From: Candidatus Polarisedimenticolia bacterium
GTDB taxonomy: Bacteria > Acidobacteriota > Polarisedimenticolia > JACPZX01 > DASXTC01
Assembly (NCBI GenBank): GCA_050747525.1
Contig: JBOGOC010000110.1
Coordinates: 17,303-81,302, forward strand
DNA: 64,000 bases
Direction of reading: 5' to 3'
Positions 39,090-48,470 of this stretch are shown here, piece by piece. The notes below the pieces were generated by a model. It had not been told where the DNA came from, did not search any database, and saw only the letters and a program-made list of their open reading frames with translations. The position numbers and the translations under genes are program-made. Position 1 is the stretch's first letter; each line of letters begins with the position of its first letter.

Positions 39090-39140
39090 CCCCTCCCTGT
39101 TCGTCCCGTCCCGCCCCGGTGTTATCAGCGGCGAAGGAAG
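39090..39140 (+). promoter_or_regulatory. Conserved promoter-like motif, copy 3, upstream of the kelch-subtilase gene
   Basis: ccctccctgttcgtcccgtcccgccccggtgttatcagcggcgaaggaagc. TGTTCG -18- TTATCA. It lies directly after the kinase stop and ~75 nt before GTG 39208. Confidence 0.5.
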
Positions 39141-39207
39141 CACGTATCGAAGCAACGCGATCCCTTGCGACGGAATGTGAGGGGCGCCTCTCAGAGAGAG
39201 GTGAGGT

Positions 39208-42200
39208 GTGAGAACGTCGAGAGCGATCACCACGATCCCGGTTCGAGGTTTGCAGAGGCCGCTGCGCGGTGCAGTGGCGCAATGCCTGGCACTCATCGTG
39301 GGCCTTCTGGCATGGTCCGCCACGCCGGCCCAGCCGATCACCCCTCCTGAATGGATCCCGGAACTGACCGGCTGGACAGGCGACGTCAATGCCAACGGCG
39401 TGGCCGACTCCATCGACAACGCGGACCCGAACATCTCGGTGTTCGACGGCATCGTCCTGGATCTCAACGCCGCCCCGTCTCCGACCGATCTCGCCGACTT
39501 CGAGGCGATCGGAAACGTGGCGTACGTCGCGCAACATCTGTCCATCGTGGTGCTCCATGGGGTCCCGCGGTCCTGGATTCCCAATCTCGCTGCGCACCCT
39601 CGCGTTGCGATGGTCGAGCAGCCGGTCATGCAGACGACGCTCGACGTCGGCGCTCGCGCGGTCCGATCCCTTCCCAGCGCCACCTTCTCGCCTCAGACGG
39701 CCGCCGAGATAGGCATCGATGGGACCGGCGTCACCATCGTGATCATGGACACCGGGGTCGACAACGGCGGCGGACCGGGCATCACGCACAGCGCGCTTCC
39801 CGCCGCGCGCAACGCGGCCCTCCCCGAAGGGGGGTTCGATGGATGCGCGGCCCCCCCGGCCTACGGCGATCCCGATGACCTGACGTTTCACGGAACCCAC
39901 GTCGCCGGCATCGCCGTGGGAGGGGCCTACGTCGACGTGGGCTCGGGGCTGACCCTGAAAGGAGTCGCCTCAGGTGCCCACTACGCGGACGTGAAGGTGT
40001 GCTGCGGGCTGTTCTGCCCTGCCGTCGCCATCGCCGCGGGCTTCGACGCCATCCTCGACAAGAAAGTGCCCTGGGACATCCGGGTCGTCAACATGAGCTG
40101 GGGCGGACTCTGCGGCATCACCAACGGCCTCGACGCGTTCAGCATGTTCGCCAACGCGCTCGCCGACGCGGGGATCGTGCCGGTGGCCTCCGCGGGCAAT
40201 TCGGGGTTCGGGGGGCTCTGCTCCCCCTGTGCAGGGGACAAGGTCGTGTGCGTCGCGAGCGACAACGACGTGGGAACCGTCCCCCTGACGGACGATGTGA
40301 TCAGCGCCTTTTCCAGCCGCGGGCCGCGCCCGAGCGACGGCGACGGGGACCCGCTGGACGAGCTGAAGCCCGACCTCGCCGCGCCAGGGAGCCTCATCCT
40401 GGCTCCGGCGAACAACACCGTGGCCGGCTCGATGACCCTCAGCGGCACCTCCATGGCTAGCCCCCACGTGGCGGGCGGCGCCGCGCTGGCGATCCAGGGG
40501 CGGCCCGGGCTGCCGCCGAGCGCGATCAAGACGGTCCTCAAGCAGACCGCGGCGGACATGGCGGACATGGATGGAGGCTCCTTTCCAGGACTGGATCCTC
40601 TCTACGACACGGCGTTCGGCGAGGGGATCCTCAACGCTTTCGCGGCCGCCTCGTGTGCAAGCGATGCGGAATGCCAGGACGGCGACGCCTGCAATGGGGC
40701 CGAGGTCTGCGTGGCGGGTGTCTGCCAGCCGGGCTCCCCGCCCGACTGCGACGACGGATCGATCTGCACGGTCGACTCGTGCAGCCCGCTCTCGGGATGC
40801 CTCAACATTCCAGCGGCCGACGCGGAGATCCCCTCCGGGCTGGACAGGACCTGCAGCACGGCCGACGACAACGTCACGCTGTTCGGCCCCGACGGATTCT
40901 GCAACACGGCCGACGACACGTGCGGAGATGGCGTCGTCGCGGGAGACGTCTGTCCCGGGCACGTGGATCCGGCGCAGGCGGATCACGACGGCGACGCGGT
41001 CGGCGACATGTGCGACCCGACGGCCTGCCTGACCGCTTCTTCAGGCGTGTTCCGCTCCCGTGGCTCGATGACGCAGGCCCGAGAAGGCCATGCCGCCGCC
41101 TTGATGTCCGACGGAAGGGTGCTGGTCGCCGGGGGAGGCTTCACTCCCCCCTCAGAGGTCTACTCGCCGGCGACCCGCTCCTTCTCCGCGACCAGCGCGA
41201 TGTCCGTGGCGCCGAACCGCACCGGCCACACGATGACGCCGCTCACGAACGGCCGCGTCCTGGTGGCGGCGGGCTGGAACCCGTTCGGCGGCGGGTCGCT
41301 GAACTCCGCCCAGATCTACGACCCGCTCACGGGGTTCTTCACGGCAGCCGGCAACCTGGGGACCGCGCGCAACAGCCACACCGCCACCCGCCTCTCTTCG
41401 GGTCAGGTGCTCGTGGCCTCGGGAGCGACCACGATCGGCGGGCGAACCGCCACGGCCGAGCTCTACGAGCCGGCTTCCGGAATCTTCTCTCCGACGGGAA
41501 GCCTGCTCGAGGCACGGGAGGGCCACGTCGCGGCCTTGCTGGCCGACGGACGTGTCCTGGTGGCTTCGGGCCGCGGCGACTCGGGCGTCCTCGCCTCCGC
41601 CGAGATCTTCAACCCCGCCACCGGGACCTGGTCGTTCACCGACTCCATGAACGTCGGCCGCGAGTTTGCCCAGGCCACCGCGCTGGCGGACGGCCGCGTG
41701 CTGGTCACCGGCGGCCGAAGGGCGGACGCCACGATTCTCTCCTCCGCGGAGATCTACGATCCGGCCACGGGGCATTTCTCCCTGGTGGGCCCGATGGCCG
41801 GTGCCCGCATGCATTACACCATGACGATGATCCCGGGAGGCCGCGTGCTCATCGCTGGAGGCGCGTCCGCCCTCGGCGGGGTGCCGACGCCGACCAGCCC
41901 CTCCGCCGAGCTGTTCGACCCCGCCACGGATTCCTTCACCACCGTCGCTTCCATGCTGACTCCGCGGATGCTCCACATCGCCTCGCCGCTGGCGAATGGA
42001 CACGTCCTGATTGCGGGCGGGAACCAGATCCTGTCGTCGTCGGAGCAGTTCGTTCCGGGCGAGCAGGCCGTGGTCTCGGTGCCGGATGGCCTGAGCCTGC
42101 TCATCAACGACTCCACGGCGCAAGTCCCCGTGCTGACGTCGGACCTCACGGGACTGGGGATCGTCTCGGCCGACTTCACCCTCTCGTTCAATCCGTCGGT

Positions 42201-43476
42201 GGTGCAGCCCAGCGGTGTTGTCACCACGGGGCCGGTGTCTGCCGGCTGCTCGATCGGCTTCACTCCCTCGTTCAACTCGGTCTCGGTGTCGATTTCCTGT
42301 CCCGGTCCGATGTCGGGGTCGGGCGATCTCGCCGTCGTGAGCTTCGATTTCGCCGGCGGGTTCAACGAGATCACGCCGCTCCTGCTCACTTCGGCCTCGC
42401 TGTCTCCTGGGCTCTCTCCAGCCTGCTCTGAGAACGGCTCGCTCCAGCTCGTGCAGAACGCCGATCTCACGGGCATGGTCCGCTACTATCGCGACGCGGC
42501 CCTGGGCACGGAGCCCGGCTCGATACCCGTTGCTCTCGTCTCGATCCGGTTGACGGGCACCGGTCCTTCCGTGCCCGCCACCACGTCGACCCTGGCGGCG
42601 GGGACCTACACGCTTGCCGGCAAGCGGCTGGGCGAAACTTACGCCGTGACGCCCGCCAAGACGGCCGACTTCCAGAGCGGGGTGACCAGCTACGACGCGG
42701 CGCTCAACGCGCAGGACGTCGTAGGGCTCATCACCCTGTCCCCCGCCCAGCTCCTGGCCGCGGACGTCTCGGGCAACGGCCGCAACACGGCGTTCGACTC
42801 GGCGCTCATCGCCGAGATGGCCGTCGGGAGCCTGGGGCGATTCCCCGTGGCCACCATGATGACCAGCGACTGGTTCGCTCTGCCCGTTCCTGCCCCGGCG
42901 CTGAACCAGATGACGGTCGCTCCTTCGCCGTCCACGGGAGTCGCCGGAGCCATCGGCTACGCGCCGCTGGTTCAGGACGTCGCGGGACAGGACTTCCTCG
43001 CGGGACTGTTCGGCGACGTGTCGGGAAACTGGCCTTCCGGCGCACCCGGGTTCACCTCGGGCGGCACGGCGAGCCTGCAGGGGCCGTCCACGCCGCCACG
43101 GTTCGTCCTGGGCGACCTGGAGGGAGCGACCGGATCGATCGTACAGGTGCACCTGGCGGCCGAGGGTATCGAGGGGGCGATCGCGGTCGACCTGGACCTG
43201 CGCTTCAAGGAGAGCGTGCTGCGTCCCATCGCCGTGGCGCCCGGGACTGCGGCGGCCGGGTTCACGCTCAACGCCAACCTCGCGACGCCGGGCAGGGCGC
43301 GGATCGGGCTCTTCAGCGCCTCGCCTCTGAAGGCGCCAGGGACCCTGGCCGTGATCTCCTTCGAGATCGTCGGCCGTCCCGGCTCGCAGAGCGTCCTCAA
43401 GCTCAGCGGCCTGGCCGACGAAGGCCGCATTCCGGTGTCCTCATCGACCGCGCACGCCAGGGTGTCCCGCCCATGA
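39208..43476 (+). CDS. Secreted S8 subtilisin-like protease fused to kelch/galactose-oxidase-like beta-propeller repeats and a C-terminal cohesin-like domain
   Basis: GTG 39208 follows GAGGTGAGG. Signal peptide ...AQCLALIVGLLAWSATPAQP. Subtilase motifs DTGVD, HGTHVAGIAVGG, GTSMASPHVAGGAALA. Kelch-like units GRVLVAGG / GRVLIAGG (6 copies). C-terminal domain similar to the product of the next gene. Confidence 0.8.
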   Translation: MRTSRAITTIPVRGLQRPLRGAVAQCLALIVGLLAWSATPAQPITPPEWIPELTGWTGDVNANGVADSIDNADPNISVFDGIVLDLNAAPSPTDLADFEAIGNVAYVAQHLSIVVLHGVPRSWIPNLAAHPRVAMVEQPVMQTTLDVGARAVRSLPSATFSPQTAAEIGIDGTGVTIVIMDTGVDNGGGPGITHSALPAARNAALPEGGFDGCAAPPAYGDPDDLTFHGTHVAGIAVGGAYVDVGSGLTLKGVASGAHYADVKVCCGLFCPAVAIAAGFDAILDKKVPWDIRVVNMSWGGLCGITNGLDAFSMFANALADAGIVPVASAGNSGFGGLCSPCAGDKVVCVASDNDVGTVPLTDDVISAFSSRGPRPSDGDGDPLDELKPDLAAPGSLILAPANNTVAGSMTLSGTSMASPHVAGGAALAIQGRPGLPPSAIKTVLKQTAADMADMDGGSFPGLDPLYDTAFGEGILNAFAAASCASDAECQDGDACNGAEVCVAGVCQPGSPPDCDDGSICTVDSCSPLSGCLNIPAADAEIPSGLDRTCSTADDNVTLFGPDGFCNTADDTCGDGVVAGDVCPGHVDPAQADHDGDAVGDMCDPTACLTASSGVFRSRGSMTQAREGHAAALMSDGRVLVAGGGFTPPSEVYSPATRSFSATSAMSVAPNRTGHTMTPLTNGRVLVAAGWNPFGGGSLNSAQIYDPLTGFFTAAGNLGTARNSHTATRLSSGQVLVASGATTIGGRTATAELYEPASGIFSPTGSLLEAREGHVAALLADGRVLVASGRGDSGVLASAEIFNPATGTWSFTDSMNVGREFAQATALADGRVLVTGGRRADATILSSAEIYDPATGHFSLVGPMAGARMHYTMTMIPGGRVLIAGGASALGGVPTPTSPSAELFDPATDSFTTVASMLTPRMLHIASPLANGHVLIAGGNQILSSSEQFVPGEQAVVSVPDGLSLLINDSTAQVPVLTSDLTGLGIVSADFTLSFNPSVVQPSGVVTTGPVSAGCSIGFTPSFNSVSVSISCPGPMSGSGDLAVVSFDFAGGFNEITPLLLTSASLSPGLSPACSENGSLQLVQNADLTGMVRYYRDAALGTEPGSIPVALVSIRLTGTGPSVPATTSTLAAGTYTLAGKRLGETYAVTPAKTADFQSGVTSYDAALNAQDVVGLITLSPAQLLAADVSGNGRNTAFDSALIAEMAVGSLGRFPVATMMTSDWFALPVPAPALNQMTVAPSPSTGVAGAIGYAPLVQDVAGQDFLAGLFGDVSGNWPSGAPGFTSGGTASLQGPSTPPRFVLGDLEGATGSIVQVHLAAEGIEGAIAVDLDLRFKESVLRPIAVAPGTAAAGFTLNANLATPGRARIGLFSASPLKAPGTLAVISFEIVGRPGSQSVLKLSGLADEGRIPVSSSTAHARVSRP

Positions 43477-43514
43477 CCGGGCCGGTCGTGATCCGTGTCA
43501 TCAGGAGGCTTGCC

Positions 43515-44357
43515 ATGAAGCTCTTCGCTCGACTGAACCGGGACGCCGCCGCGGCACTGATCGGCGGCGCCCTGCTCCTCGCCTCGCAGACGCCCGCCTG
43601 GGCGGCGGCGCTCAGCCTGCCGCCGGACGCCGGCGGCCGAGGCGGCGTGACGGTGAGCGTTCCTCTGCGAGTGGACGACGCGGCGGGGATCCGCTCGGCC
43701 GATGTCCGCGTGGAGTTCTCCCCCGCGATCGCCGAAGCGGTCGCCGTCTCACTCACCCCCCTGACCTCGAGCTTCCAGATCGCCGTGAACCTGAACACAC
43801 CAGGCGTGGTGATCGTCTCGATGTTCGGGACGACGCCTCTCTCGGGCACCGGCGATCTCCTCCGGATCGACTTCCAGGTCGAGGGGGGGCTGGGGCAGTC
43901 CACGTCCCTGGACCTGGTCCTCGGCGAGCTCAACGAAGGGGCCATCGCCTCCACGCTCCAGGATGGGATCTTCACGGTGCTCCCCACCTATCTGCTCTCA
44001 ATGAAGAGCGTCAACTCGGGAGGAGGGGAGGCGGCCTCGGCGTCCTGGCGCGCCGGTGGCTCGATGGGACAGGAGTCGGTCGTGGAGGCCTCGGCGGCCT
44101 TCGGCCACGTGGTGCAGTCGGGCTTCTGGAGCTTCGCCGGGACCGGCGTGGTTCCCGTGGTGCTGTCCGTGGGCGCGACCGTCCTGAGCTGGTCGGGGAA
44201 CGATCCGCCTTACTCCATCTACCGGTCCGGCGACTGCAGTGACGTCGGGTCGTCCCTGCTCACGGTGACTCCTGCCAGCAGCTTCTCCGACCCCGCCGTT
44301 CCTGCTCCGGGGCAGGTCTTCTGCTATCAGGTCGAGCCCGCGCCGCCGGGCATGTGA
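43515..44357 (+). CDS. Secreted cohesin-like domain protein
   Basis: AGGAGG 9 nt before ATG 43515. Signal peptide MKLFARLNRDAAAALIGGALLLASQTPAWAAA. The segment VSVPLRVDDAAGIRSADVRVEFSPAIAEAVAV...LLRIDFQV resembles the C-terminal domain of the upstream subtilase. Confidence 0.6.
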   Translation: MKLFARLNRDAAAALIGGALLLASQTPAWAAALSLPPDAGGRGGVTVSVPLRVDDAAGIRSADVRVEFSPAIAEAVAVSLTPLTSSFQIAVNLNTPGVVIVSMFGTTPLSGTGDLLRIDFQVEGGLGQSTSLDLVLGELNEGAIASTLQDGIFTVLPTYLLSMKSVNSGGGEAASASWRAGGSMGQESVVEASAAFGHVVQSGFWSFAGTGVVPVVLSVGATVLSWSGNDPPYSIYRSGDCSDVGSSLLTVTPASSFSDPAVPAPGQVFCYQVEPAPPGM

Positions 44358-44419
44358 GGTCGATGGGAATGCACGGCCACGATTCCAGTCTGGTGAAGGT
44401 CGACAACAGGAGGTCGCAC

Positions 44420-45331
44420 ATGAAGAAGACTCTGGGAACCGGAACCGCCCTGCTCCTCGCCTGCGTGATTCCGGCAGCCCTGGGCGCCCATGCCCTCGCG
44501 GCAATCCCGCGGACGATCAACTATCAGGGACGGCTTACCACCAACGATGCGCTGCCGTCCCCGGTCAATGGAAACCTGCCGATGCAGTTCAGCCTCTGGG
44601 ATGACGTGGTGGGCGGCACGCTCCTCTGGTCCGAGAGCTGGCCCTCGGTCCCCGTGAGCGAAGGGATCTTCAACCTGGTGCTCGGATCGCTGACGCCGCT
44701 CCCCTCATCTCTCTTCCAGTCTGGCGACCGCCGCTGGCTCGAGCTGAGCGTCAACGGAGAGGTGCTTTCGCCTCGGCAGGAGCTCACTTCCACCGGGTGG
44801 GCCTTCCAGGCGGAGGGGACGAACACACTGGGCGGCCTGCCGGCCTCGAGCTGGCAGCGGCGCGTCACGGGGACCTGCCCCTCCGGATCGAGCATCCAGG
44901 CCGTCGGGGATCAGGGGACCGTGACCTGCGAGGTCGACGACACGGGGGCCGGCGTTCCCTCGGGAGCGATCATGTACTTCAACAATTCCACGTGCCCTCC
45001 CGGGTGGAGCCCCCTCGTCGCGGCGCAGGGACGGTACCTGGTGGGCGTTGTCCCCGGCGGGACGCTGCTGGGAACCCCTACAGGAGTGCATTCCGCCCTG
45101 TTCGACCGGGAGAACCGCCCGGTAGGTGCCCACTCCCACGGCATCACCGACCCGGGGCACAGGCATGGCTACGAAGCGGCGGTCCCGACGTCGACCGGCT
45201 CCGGCGACTCGCAGGCCGGGTACGAACACCGCAACACGGACCTCGCGGTCACGAACGTCACCATCAACAGCACCGGCCCGGCCGGGACGAACGCCCCCTA
45301 CATCCAGCTCCTCGTCTGCCAGAAGAACTGA
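44420..45331 (+). CDS. Secreted phage tail-collar domain protein (MdpB-like), paralog 1
   Basis: AGGAGG before ATG. Signal peptide MKKTLGTGTALLLACVIPAALGAHALA. N-domain IPRTINYQGRLTTNDALPSPVNGNLPMQFSLWDD. C-terminal tail-collar signature GAIMYFNNSTCPPGWSPL...LFDRENRPVG...GTNAPYIQLLVCQKN. Confidence 0.75.
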   Translation: MKKTLGTGTALLLACVIPAALGAHALAAIPRTINYQGRLTTNDALPSPVNGNLPMQFSLWDDVVGGTLLWSESWPSVPVSEGIFNLVLGSLTPLPSSLFQSGDRRWLELSVNGEVLSPRQELTSTGWAFQAEGTNTLGGLPASSWQRRVTGTCPSGSSIQAVGDQGTVTCEVDDTGAGVPSGAIMYFNNSTCPPGWSPLVAAQGRYLVGVVPGGTLLGTPTGVHSALFDRENRPVGAHSHGITDPGHRHGYEAAVPTSTGSGDSQAGYEHRNTDLAVTNVTINSTGPAGTNAPYIQLLVCQKN

Positions 45332-45383
45332 GACGGTCAAGGGGATGGCGAACGCGGATCATGGTCGAGCACAGGAGGAGGTC

Positions 45384-46277
45384 ATGAGAGTTCTGTGTGG
45401 AGTTCTGCTGGCGATTTCGGCGGCTCTGTGCGGGCAGGCGTTCGCGGCCGTCCCTTCCACGATTCACTACCAGGGTCGCCTCCTGCTGAACGATGCGATC
45501 CCTTCTCCCTTCAATGGGACGGTCCCGATCCAGGCGGTCCTCTGGGACGACGCGACGGCCGGCACGCAGCTCTGGACCGAGACGTGGGCCTCGGTCACCG
45601 TAACTGACGGCGTCTTCCACCTGGTGCTCGGCTCTTTGTCCCCAATTCCGGCTCTCGTCTTTCAGTCGACCGAGCCGGTGTGGCTGGAGATGATCGTCGA
45701 CGGCGAGGTGATTTCTCCGCGCCGCGAGCTCACTTCTTCCATGTGGTCCTTCAGGGCCGAAGCGTCCGACATGCTGGGCGGGCTCGCCTCCTCGTCATGG
45801 CAGCTCCGCGTCTCCGGCGCCTGTCCGCCGGGCTCGAGCATCCAGACCGTGGGGAGCGGCGGCGCGGTGACCTGCGAGACGGACGACACCGGGGCGCCCG
45901 TCCCCGCCGGCGCCGTGACCTTCGTCAACCTGCCGGCCTGTCCGCCCGGATGGAGCCTTCTGGCCGCCGGGCAGGGTCACTACGTGGTCGGCCTGTCGCC
46001 GGGCGGCACGCTGTTGGGCACGCCGATGGGGACCTACAGTCCCCTGACCGACCGGGAGAACCGGCCCGTGGGAGGCCACACTCACACCAAAAACGATCCA
46101 GGGCACAGGCATGGCTACGAAGCGGCCGTCCCGACGTCGACCTCGGGCGGCTCATCGAAGGCCGGGTACCAGCATCGCGATACTGATCTCGCCGTCACCG
46201 GGATCTCGGTCAACAGCACGGGTCCGGTCGGGACCAACGCCCCCTACGTCCAGCTCCTCCTTTGCCAGAAGGACTGA
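45384..46277 (+). CDS. Secreted phage tail-collar domain protein, paralog 2 (tandem duplicate)
   Basis: AGGAGGAGG before ATG 45384. MRVLCGVLLAISAALCGQAFA. The protein has the same architecture as 44420..45331, with an estimated ~65% identity. Confidence 0.75.
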   Translation: MRVLCGVLLAISAALCGQAFAAVPSTIHYQGRLLLNDAIPSPFNGTVPIQAVLWDDATAGTQLWTETWASVTVTDGVFHLVLGSLSPIPALVFQSTEPVWLEMIVDGEVISPRRELTSSMWSFRAEASDMLGGLASSSWQLRVSGACPPGSSIQTVGSGGAVTCETDDTGAPVPAGAVTFVNLPACPPGWSLLAAGQGHYVVGLSPGGTLLGTPMGTYSPLTDRENRPVGGHTHTKNDPGHRHGYEAAVPTSTSGGSSKAGYQHRDTDLAVTGISVNSTGPVGTNAPYVQLLLCQKD

Positions 46278-46385
46278 AAGGTCTGCGCCGACGTGCCGAA
46301 ACCATCGGTCGCCGGTAGGCCGGGGCGAGTCCCCACAGCGTCACGGGAGGTCCGATCGGGCCGGCCGGCAAGGACAATCGCCACA

Positions 46386-46470
46386 CTGTGCCTGTTCTGT
46401 GGCGGAACGCCCGCCGAACCCACCCAACTCAGGCCTAAACGTTCGCGCCCAAGCCGTTGCACTCTGATTC
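46386..46470 (+). repeat. Dispersed repeat element, copy D (5' portion only, more diverged)
   Basis: ctgtgcctgttctgtggcggaacgcccgccgaacccacccaactcaggcctaaacgttcgcgcccaagccgttgc. Confidence 0.6.
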
Positions 46471-46808
46471 GGGCGCCTGCCGTCACTCGCGGGAACCATA
46501 TGTCGCCTGAGGAATTCCTGGATGGCGGACGCCGTGGTGATCAAGCTGTTCTCCCCGGCCCCTGAGCTGCGTCCTGTATCCCGGTAGTCAACCAGCGTCT
46601 GGCCGTCCCGATGGTGCGCTGAAGGTAGTCGCTTCCACGCGCGAGGCCCTCCCGGCGGAAGATCTCGTGACGGTCACAAGAATGGGATAACCGGTTGACT
46701 GCCAGGACCGTCTAGGTGCCCGGCGCCCTCTCGCCCGCCGCCACGTGAGCGTAGGCGTCCTGAGCGGCAACACCCGGCCTTTTCCGTCAAGGGGACACTC
46801 GGAGTGAT

Positions 46809-47912
46809 ATGGGCATGAAACGAAGGATTGCCGTGGTTACGTTGACACTCGTCCTCAGCTCCGGCCTCGCCGCCCCGACGGAAGCACGGCTGGATGGCAG
46901 CCATCGGGAAGGCACGGAAGCGAAGCTCAAACAGCTTGAGGAAAGATTCGAGGTTCTGAGGAAGGAAAGGATGATACCCGGCATGGCTGTGGCTGTAGTC
47001 AGCAGCCAGCAGGTGGTCCTGGCCAAGGGCTTTGGTTTCATGGATGGAGAGGGGCAACGGCCGGTGACACCTCACACGTCATTCTGTATTGCGTCCATCA
47101 CCAAGCCGATCACGGCGGCCGTCTTGATGCGGCTAGCCGAAGTAGGGAAGCTCGACCTCGGCTTCAAGATGTCTGATGCGCCCGGCTACGCGGCCTGGTG
47201 TGAGCGGTTCAGTCGCTCCAGCTCCATCTTCGCCAAGGACCTGGACTGTCAGGCGGCTATCACTGTAAAGGACGTGCTCTCTCACACCGTGAACGGGAGA
47301 CCGGGAGAGAAGTTCTCGTACAACGCCGCCGTTTACTCGCAACTACGCCGCGTGGTGCCGGTCGTATCCAAGATGACCCTTGCCGAGCTGCTCTACGAGT
47401 ACGTCCTGGGGCCGGCCAGGATGACCGAAACCGCGGCGGGCTGGTATGACCCCAAGAAGTCGCATGTGCTCACCAATCTGGCACAGCCCCGGCGCGTAGC
47501 GGATGACGGCGACTCTGAGATCTCTATCACTCCGATCTGGGATGTTGGCACGAGCTCGGGCATCATCTCGACGGTGCTGGACCTGGCCAAGTTCGACATA
47601 GCAATGGATCGCAACGTGATCGTGCCCGAGAAGATCAAACAGCAGATGTGGAGTCCGACCATGTCTCCTGGTGGACAGCCACAAGACTACGGTATCGGCT
47701 GGTACGTGCAGAGCTACAAGGGCACGAAGCTCGTGTGGCATTCGGGGTGGGAGCCCAACTCGTACTCGGGATTGTTCCTGAAGATTCCGGAAAAGGGTCT
47801 GACCCTGATTGCCCTGGCGAACAGTGAGGGGGTATGGTGGCGAAACCGGCTCGATGGAGCTGAGGTAGAGAAGTCTGCATTCGCTGCAGCCTTCCTCGAG
47901 CTCTTCTTGTAA
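46809..47912 (+). CDS. Secreted serine hydrolase of the beta-lactamase/transpeptidase family
   Basis: 367 aa. Signal peptide MGMKRRIAVVTLTLVLSSGLAAP. S-x-x-K active-site motif CIASITKPITAAV. Confidence 0.7.
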   Translation: MGMKRRIAVVTLTLVLSSGLAAPTEARLDGSHREGTEAKLKQLEERFEVLRKERMIPGMAVAVVSSQQVVLAKGFGFMDGEGQRPVTPHTSFCIASITKPITAAVLMRLAEVGKLDLGFKMSDAPGYAAWCERFSRSSSIFAKDLDCQAAITVKDVLSHTVNGRPGEKFSYNAAVYSQLRRVVPVVSKMTLAELLYEYVLGPARMTETAAGWYDPKKSHVLTNLAQPRRVADDGDSEISITPIWDVGTSSGIISTVLDLAKFDIAMDRNVIVPEKIKQQMWSPTMSPGGQPQDYGIGWYVQSYKGTKLVWHSGWEPNSYSGLFLKIPEKGLTLIALANSEGVWWRNRLDGAEVEKSAFAAAFLELFL

Positions 47913-47983
47913 CGAGGACGCTTCCCCTGCGGCGCCTGAACCGCCAGGCAATACGCGGGACGCTTTGCGCTGGAGTCAGCCCC

Positions 47984-48283
47984 ATGTCAGATGGCCACAG
48001 CCGATCGGTTCCGAAACCTCCTCGACGAAGCGTGCGCTGGGCATCGTTCGTGGCCGGTGCGGTCATGGGTCGGGCCGTACGCGGGCTCCATGAGGAGGGC
48101 AACCCCCAGCACCGGGTTCGTGTGGAGCACAACAAGCACACCCTGCTGGTACACATCTCCGACGAGGATGGACAGGGCTGGACGGTCGTCGCTATCGATA
48201 GGGCGACGAGAGAGTGGGCCGTTGCCCAGCGCCCTCAACAACTCGCGGCAGCGGCGGCTGCGTTCGACCAACTCTACAAGTGA
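47984..48283 (+). CDS. Small hypothetical protein (99 aa)
   Basis: ORF with reasonable composition, ending ...AFDQLYK. It has no recognisable motif and competes with an antisense ORF. Confidence 0.3.
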   Translation: MSDGHSRSVPKPPRRSVRWASFVAGAVMGRAVRGLHEEGNPQHRVRVEHNKHTLLVHISDEDGQGWTVVAIDRATREWAVAQRPQQLAAAAAAFDQLYK

Positions 48284-48470
48284 CTCCCTCGCAGGCCCTT
48301 GCAGCCTGGACAGAGCCTCGGCCACTACCGCAGGCAATGGAAGGGAGACAGGCGCCCAGTTCGTCGACGCGCTGAACCGCGCACCGCGAGAATCGTGCCT
48401 CCGGACCTCCCTTCTGCAGGAACTCCACAAAGAACCCAATCTTCGAGTCCCACTTCGTCAACCCGTCCGG

